Below the pieces are notes generated by a model, which did no database searches, was not told the DNA's origin, and was given only the letters and a program-made list of their open reading frames with translations. A stretch of DNA of 48,012 nucleotides from Atractiella rhizophila (Eukaryota), in the NCBI GenBank assembly GCA_021432655.1, contig MU271308.1, positions 50,179 to 98,190 of the forward strand. Reading direction: 5' to 3'. Shown here piece by piece: positions 40,296-48,012 of this stretch; the first letter of the stretch is position 1; the number at the start of each line of letters is the position of its first letter. The position numbers and the translations under genes were made by a program.

Positions 40296-43200
40296 CTACG
40301 AGGAGGTTGGTGTGAGGTTAGGAGGATACATTTTCTGCAGGATAATGATTAACTCTCATCTTAAAATGGTACGAAGAGAACGTACAAGAACCTCGTCGTT
40401 CACCTTCCACATGCCGCCTTCCGACTTCTTCAGCTTGATCGCAGAATCCTTCAAAGTCGCTGCTATAGAGACTTTGGTAACCCCTTTGACATGTTTGAGC
40501 GCGTCCTTGATCTGGTCGATGAGAACCTCCTTCGTTTTGTCAGAACCAGAAACGATGGCTACAAAAGTAGGCATGAGCTGAGCGGCAAGAGCGACACTTC
40601 CTTTAATCTTGGGAGGTGCGGCGCTCGAATCTGCTGGGAGACTAGTGGAGGGTTCCGGTTTGACTAGCTGTTGAGGTGGAGGAAGCGCAGATGGAGAGAT
40701 GAAGGTGGATACAAAAGAAAAAGGGTCGATGCCACACTGAGCGTCTACTCTTCTCATGAGATTTGAAAACTTTTGAAAGATGAGAAACCAACCATTAATG
40801 AATTCTATCCTAAAAGGGTCGAATAGACCATTTTCTCCGAGAACAGTTTCCAGAAATGGCCCCTTTACCACTGGCTGAAGATTAACCTTGAGCTTTTTTG
40901 CTTCTCGTCTCTTCTTCTCCATTGCCTCCCTCTTCTCCTCTCTGCGCCGTTCATTTTCAGCAGAAAACCTCGCCATGTCGTTATCATCGTCAACATTCCA
41001 AGGCAGCTCCTCTCCCTCGTACCCAGGTTCATATTCGATCAAATCATCGTCAACCATCCAATCATCATCTGAACCTCCCTCTTCTTCTTCTGCGCCAGAT
41101 GCGTTCGAGGCCTCTTCCTCCGGTCCGACAAGTTCCTCCCCTTCGCCTTCCGCATCCGAATCATAGTCATCATCGGAATCGTATTCATAGTTGTAGACTG
41201 AGGAGTCTTTGAAAAGGGGTCGACGGGGACGGATCGTATCAATGTCCTTTGTCCATGTACCTGCGTACTACTTTAAAATCTGGTCTTCAATACAGGGATC
41301 AACAAACCATAGTATCCCGGTTTGCGCCTATCGTGGAATTGAAGGTATTTGAGGGGGAAGAGTTGGCGATCCTTCAGTTGCCGTGCGAAGACGGCATGAT
41401 CGTCGACCTCTCCGAAAGCGTGCGCTTCTGCCGCCTTTATGTAAACTTCAGAGACTTTATGAGAGTTGGCGATTCGTGTCTTATAGTCGAAGCGTTGACG
41501 CGACCTAAGCTCGCGAAGAGAATCTACTCATGGAAACTCGATGTCACCTGTCCTCCCTTCTGCCATTATGAAGAGACCAACCTTCGATAGTAAGATTCGG
41601 CTTATCAACCACTTCCATTTCGACATCCCCGTCGCCATCCAGCACCGTCTGTTCCTTGGTTGTATCCTTCAGAGTCCTGAACGATCCCAAGATGACAGAG
41701 TCTCTGACGAAGAAGTGCTTAAAGGTCTTATCAAAATCCGACCTCTCTTTCTTCGGCGAGTTCTCCACCTCCTTCTGGACTGTTGGTAACTTTTTTGCTG
41801 TTGAAGGCCCGGCTTTCTGAAGGAAGGCAGAGAAGAAATTAGACTGACGTTCCTTCTCCTGATTCAAATGGTGAGGTCAGTCAATAGGCGTCAAGGATAG
41901 ACCAACAGCTTCAGCCTTTGCAACCTTTTCCTCCTTGATCTTCTTCTTCTCCTGAGCCTTCATCTTCTTTTCTTCTTTCTCTTTCTTGTCTGCCTCCCTT
42001 TTCGCCCTTTCTTCCCGCTGTTGTCCACCACCCACCCATACTTCAGTCAGTCTTTTAGAAGAACGGAAAGTAACGGCCCACATCAATCTCTTCTTCCTCC
42101 TTTTTCTTCTTTCCATTCTTAGCGGGAGCTCCATCAGCTGCCGTCTCAGTTGACATCTTCTTCTTCCTTTTCGGTGTTTCTTCTCGCTCGCTCCCACTCC
42201 CCTCCTCCTTCGGCAGTACTGTCTTCTTCTTCTCTTTCTCCACCAGTCCCAACAATGCCCGCTGCTCTTCTCGTTCCAACTCTCCGAATCTTTGAACTAG
42301 CGACTCCTTCCACTGCCACCTCTGTGAGCTTGATTTTCATTGAGGGTTCCATTCAAGGACATACCTCATTGCGTTGTGCTCGACGTTCAGTCAACTTGTC
42401 TTGAGCATCCTTCGGCACGATACACCTTTCGTTCTCCTTGCAATACTTCGAGCGAGTCCGCCATCTCCAGATCTTGAGTTTCTATTCTACTTTCTCAGAC
42501 GGTACCCCTCCGTGACCAGAGAGAAGAGAGAGCATACCTCTGGAATGTCCTTATTCATCTGTTCAAGCTCCTTCTTCACCGCCTCGGTGTCTGAAGAGTT
42601 CAAGTCCTCCATTTCCAAGCCGTAATTTACACGTTTGAAGTATTCTTCTATTGTGGTTTTGAGAAGAGCTGTGGTGAATACTTTTGCTATGACAACGCAT
42701 CCCACATTAGTTAGAACGAGAAGGGGTAAGAGGAATGTGCACATTTCGGACCCTCGTCATCTTGCATCCCTTTCAAAAGCGTTTTATGCAGCGTCTTCAC
42801 CAGCTTTCCGAGGGTCAAATCACTACATAATATCGGTCAACCATGCAGAGTGCCCCCGTATAGGTGAGGAAGAAGAGCACTCACGACTCTTCTACATATC
42901 TCGCTAGGAGCGGAAGATATTCCTCCGGAAATTCTTTCACCGATTTTCTCCCCTCCAGCCATTCACACCACCTCATTTTGTCTATTTGGTCGAATCATCA
43001 TTCTCCCTTCTCTGTGCTAAAATGAGGGAAACACACCAGTTAATCCTTCCTTCACCTCCGCCAAATCCAGTGCCTTCTGTGGGTTCTTGAATGTCAAACC
43101 GCGAGTTTTCAAGTTGAAATCCACGTCGTGACTCTTCGCATGGTCTTGCTCTACATTTCCCAGAGGAGCATTCCATCAGGACGCGTCCTTTCTGCTAATA

Positions 43201-43502
43201 ACTGGAGCGTACCGAGCTTGATTTTTTTGTTCTTTGGCGTCTTCGGTGTTTCTACAACGCCGCTTCAACTCAACCTCCACTCTCAAACACGCATCGATAT
43301 AGTAGAACACACCTTGCCCAATGCGTTCACTGCTGTTACTAGATCCCAAACACTCAATCTCGTCGTCGGTCGTGTCCGCCTTCCGTTTCTTCGCGTCCGA
43401 CGTCGAAGGGGTCATTTCTGTCGCGCTTTCTTTCGAGCTTGGAGATGCTTGAGACTGTTGAGAGGATGGAAGGGAAGAGAAGTAGCCTGAATCGGACGAC
43501 AT
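40296..43502 (-). CDS. Chromatin assembly factor 1 subunit A (Cac1/Rlf2/p150-like), multi-exon
   Basis: KER-rich coiled coil, QSNFFSAF PIP-like box, KYLQFHDRRKPGY|GTWTK, DPFSK..NYEYDSDDDYD acidic CAF1A domain, DDDWMVDD, and a C-terminal winged-helix-like region. Both ends inferred. Confidence 0.85.
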
Positions 43503-43623
43503 TGACTTATTAACACGACGCGACTGTGTTGTCCAGAAGAATCTTAGCCCCTCAGTGGGCTTACATATGGTCCGGACATGCAAGGAATCCCATGCTTGCC
43601 ACTTCCACCCAAGTACCAAAGTG

Positions 43624-44936
43624 ATGAATCTGTTGCGCCCTCCCTGCCGACTGCTTCTACGTCCCCCTTACGCTTTCCGCTCGCGTCCACTCTCCTTTAA
43701 CACTCAGCCTGAACCGCCAATACCTCCTCCCCCAGAGTCGCTTTCAGAAAGTCGACGACTGGACAAGCAGGACTTCGATGACAATATACCAACTGAAGAT
43801 GTCACGGTAGAACGACCCCCTGAGGAACCTGAGGTTCTAAAGGTTGGAGAAGAAGAACCCCTTAATAAACTCACCATTCCAGTCAAGCTGCCACAACCAC
43901 TACCAGAAGAAGGTGTGAGAGTGCCTTTTGACACTTGGAAGTGAGTCCACGCTTGCTCTTTTGAATCACACGCCTTTCATTTTTTATGATACGTTTTGAT
44001 GACTATTTTGTCTTAAACATTGCATCTTTCCGCCTTCTAGGTTGTCTTGATAATTTGGTGTTGCTCAACCTTCAATCAACTTCGAGTTGACTAAATGCCA
44101 TGGAAAATACCTCCATTCAAAATACTGAAAGCTTTTCTTTGGATCAGGTTTATGCAGAAACTTCGTGACAGTGGATGGAACGAGGAGTCAAGCGAGCAAG
44201 TAATGCGTCTGGCACGAAACCACATTCTCGAGGGGGAACAACGTTCTCGTTCACAAGGAGTCGGGAAGTGGGAGCTAGAGAACGTGCGTCGTCCTCATCG
44301 AGGGCTATCCTGATTTTGACGAGCCGACCATTGTTCTACTCGTCGTCCGTAGGAAGCGTACCTCTTCGCAGCTGCCCTGTCTGAGCTACGAACCGAGATC
44401 CAAGTCAAGAGTCGAAATGATACCCAGAACCTTAGAACGCAAGCTGCACTATTACATCGAGAGTCGGACGGGTTGAGGGAGAAGATGAGAGAAGACTTCG
44501 GTGCGCTGAAGACGGAGATCGACTATGAGATGGGGAATAGAAAGGAGGAGAGTAATCAGATTGGGAAGGAGCTCGACCTCAAAATCGCGGTGTGTCCTCT
44601 CTCAAATTCGTCCCGTTATTGTATTTGCGCGCTCTGACTACACATTGGACTCAGGATTTCACCAACAAGCACAACGTCAGTGTGGGTGATCTGAAGACGG
44701 AGATCGAGGCCACGAAGTGGATTGTGATTCGTCGAAGCATCAGCATCATTGCTACTTTCGTAGTAATTGTCTTTGGGGGGATAACAATATCTGGATCGAA
44801 GCAGAAGAAGCCAGACGAGAAGTTGCCTACACTGGAGGAACTTGGAGTGCGCAAGATGGTGGATATGGAGGAGAGCGAGTTAAGTCCCTTAGTGTTGAGC
44901 GAGAGGCGGATTGGAGAGGATGAAGAGGGACGGTAG
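43624..44936 (+). CDS. Mitochondrial CCDC90/DUF1640 (Put6/Fmp32-like) coiled-coil protein
   Basis: Arg-rich presequence, PFDTWK|FMQKLRDSGW, ELEN|EAYLFAAALSELRTE, coiled coil, GDLKTEIEATKW followed by a C-terminal TM segment. Confidence 0.82.
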
Positions 44937-45877
44937 TATTGGCTTTTCCTAGGTGTATGGTAGGTTGTATATCTGTGAGCTCGTCATTTTAGAATTTGTT
45001 TCATGTTTTTGTTTACACGCAGTCCCTTCGATTGCTTAGAGTTGACTATGGAATATTGGATGTGGATACAATTTTTCGTCTATCTGTGAGCACATCTTCT
45101 TGGACTGTGTTTGGTATTTTTGCCTACAGCTGTCCTCCTCGATTGCCTAGAGTCGAGTGTTGGATATCGCATGTGGATACCTTTTCTTGTCTTTTGTGGG
45201 CAAGTCTCGTTCTAGAGCTGGTTCCCTGCCAATCCTGCCAATGGCACCATTCGGGTTTTGCTCAAAGTATGTATTATGGCATGTCGTCATGCGGTGCATG
45301 CAAATACTGAAAAGGCTGAAAGGTTTCTCTATTGTCAAACTGCATGTGATTGGCTGAGGCGATTTTGATAAACCTTTCTAATACACACAGACTGTTGATA
45401 ATAATTACAGATATTCATGACCTTCTTTCGAGTTGTTTCACTCCTTTTCAACCAGATTTATTCCTTGCAAGGGATAAATGAACGCTTGAGCTTCCGCTGA
45501 ATTAATACTGGCATGATGCTGTCGGAGACAATTCAGGTACATATCCCGTTGGAGAGAATGTCACGAATCCGCTGGAAGCCTGGCTCGAACTGTCTGGGCG
45601 TCCTGCTAGACTCAAGCTCAAAAGCACCAAGAACGAATGGATGCGGGTTATCAACTTGAGAAAGCCAGAGACCGATAGCTGCATAATGGCTGAATCTGGC
45701 TGGACGGAAACATGGTTAGGGGGAATTGTAGCCTAACACAAACCCATGTGGCTTTTTCTCCACCTCTTTTGTCCCCTCACGCACACCGGCCCTTTGTCCA
45801 CCGACTCTTTAGAGCCGCGCAGTTGTTGTGCCCCTTTCCTCCCTTTGGAGGGTCTGGAAGGCACTTTTGGGAAAAAA

Positions 45878-47673
45878 ATGTTCGCGTTTCCCTTGACAGT
45901 TCAGCATGCTGCCGATACTCCGACGGCCATTCTGAACGAGATGATGATCCCCTTTGGCTCAAGGGTAAGAGTTGTAATCCATTCAAGATAAGTTTGACAG
46001 TTTTCATAGACTGGAATCTTTCTGCCTTGTCTATTAGGAGCGTTCATATCGTCCATCTGTGAGTTGGCATTTCCATTTTGCTTCAAGCTTCAAGGTGGAA
46101 TGTCTGATTCGGGACAGGCATGGGGATCATCCTTTGTCTGGGTCACCATTGCTTCCAATTTTTGACAGAGAAAGAAGGCCTTCGATGGTTCGTTGTTCCA
46201 TGCGTCATCCATTGTAGCTTTGCTCATTGGTGTACTCTCTCCTTCAAAGGTTAGTTGTGTTGGTTGTGATCGCCCAAGCGGTGGAAACTGGCATCGATAT
46301 CAGCCATCAATGCCTTCTTTTGGCTGTGAACTGGGGAGGTAAGACGTTCGCAAGCTACTGTTGCTGATGCTAATGAGAGGGTAGATCCCGACTACCTCAA
46401 GAAGGTCACTGCTGGGACCTTTATTTCCCCAATCATTGCGACATCCCTGCAGGTACGTCAGGTTCAAATGCTGCCTTCGTCAGTGCTCTGAGGGATTCAC
46501 AGTGTCAAGCGCAACTCTTTCTCCTCTGGAGATCTTGGCAGTTTAGTCGCTTCGTGAAGCTCAATCGCTTCTTCTTCGTCTATTTGCTCATTGGCCTCGG
46601 AGCGATCATGATAGTAGTTAGCGCGTTAGCAGGTATAATCGCGAGCGTCGGATTCAACGTGAGTGTCCTCCTCAATCGTTGTGGGCGTAAACTCATCATC
46701 TCCTTTGATTTAGCTCGACGGCTTCGGTTTCGCTGGTCAGCTGGGCAACTTCTGGCAGTACAGTTCTCTAGTGATCGATTTAGGCCTCTGCGTCTTTCTC
46801 CTAGCCGAAATTTACTTCACACGCCGGGACATTGTCGAGTTCAAGAAGTCGTCTGCAGTCCTTCAGATCCTCAACCGCCTCTGCTTCCTCCTTATCGCTT
46901 CCGGAATCGTTACTCTGGCAATTCAGAGCTGGACATCGGCGCTATGGGCCTATGAGCGCGCCACGGACTCTCAATTCGAGCGTTGGAGCGCACTACCACT
47001 GTCTTTTCTCTCCAAAGCGTACACGCTATCGTTCCTCGTCATCCTCGCCAACTGCTCCTCGTCCACTTCCACCTCATCCTGCCCGCAGGCAACGAGTCAG
47101 GTATCCGGCCCTAAGTCCAACGTGTCCACATCCCTCGCTTCCAACACTACGAATGGATTCAGGCCATGGGATTCCACTTCATCCGCCTCCCAGCTCATGT
47201 CCACTACTTCCAATCGGTCCCGATCTCGTGCGCACTCCAGCACCAAGTCTGTCTCCCTATCAATGAACGGTGCGGAGAAGAAACGTGAGCCGTCGAGTTC
47301 GAACTTCGGATTAGGTGGAGGGATATCGTTGCATATCGACACAACTGGTATCATCCCATCTTTGACCCGAAACGGTTCAGTGTCTTCCTCCACAAAACAT
47401 AGTCCCCCATCTCCTCAACACGATCCCGCAGAACCTCGACCGTCTCTTTCAGAGTCGGACCGATTAGAAGCTATCGCGGAGTTGAGCGAGATCGAGACCT
47501 CAGGAGGGAGGACGGATCGCTCGGCAGGCACTTTGAAGGGAAACGTTCCGAGTAGAACATCAGAGCCGGGCTCCATCAGTGCCCCGCCACCAATTAGGAG
47601 GAGGGAAGGAGATGGAAGCGTAGCGACTCCTCTGTCATTTCGAAATGGCCCAAGGAGGACAAACCCCTCTTGA
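45878..47673 (+). CDS. Multi-pass membrane protein (DUF6534-like) with Ser-rich tail
   Basis: Spliced hydrophobic exons (LPCLLGAFISSI, QLFLLWRSW, IDLGLCVFLL, ILNRLCFLLIASGIVT, LSKAYTLSFLVILAN) and a 300-aa final ORF. Confidence 0.6.
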
Positions 47674-48012
47674 TGGTGGGTTCGTGCGATGACCGTTAGC
47701 TTATGCCAATTCGTAACTTAAGAACCTGTCCTTCCATTCTGTTCCCTGTGTTCTGAGTGACTTCGTGTAGCGAATGTACTGCGTCTGTGCCGAAATGCCT
47801 ACTCACATATGCGACGTGGAATTGGATAGGATTTCAGCATCTATGCATCATACTCGTTTCCCAGCTATTGTTACAACGACTGATAAAAATACAAGAAAAC
47901 GAAGGGATGCTCTATCATTCCAGGACCTGATCGTTCCTCCGATCGGTCGCTCTCGTCCTCGTTTCCTCGCTCGTAATTCGTGGGTCGTCAACGGCACCAC
48001 ATACGTTGAGTA

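Overview
Gene-dense, intron-rich fungal (most likely basidiomycete) genomic DNA, with mostly ~50-nt GT-AG introns. Recognisable genes, in order: ITFG1/LINKIN-like FG-GAP protein (3' part), a large Ser/Pro-rich protein, a BTB/POZ protein, an ARO8/KAT-II-type aminotransferase, a DJ-1/PfpI protein, a membrane-anchored GH5 exo-beta-1,3-glucanase, PEX12, a hypothetical protein, PPIL4 cyclophilin, DUF6534-like membrane proteins, PRP4 kinase, CAF-1 large subunit and a CCDC90/DUF1640 protein. The dominant structure is four head-to-tail duplications (about 3.3, 0.9, 3.1 and 3.9 kb). Each is joined by a single A, which is non-templated in three cases. The copies are diverged and carry complementary lesions: a PRP4 nonsense codon plus a 127-bp micro-inversion in one copy against a PPIL4 frameshift in the other, and a PEX12 frameshift. 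The most economical reading is that two divergent haplotypes were scaffolded in tandem across 1-base gaps, which exposes reciprocal loss-of-function alleles. Real decaying tandem duplications cannot be excluded without reads. Exon boundaries and family calls were made by eye; no database search was run. No RNA gene, transposon or CRISPR array could be supported.
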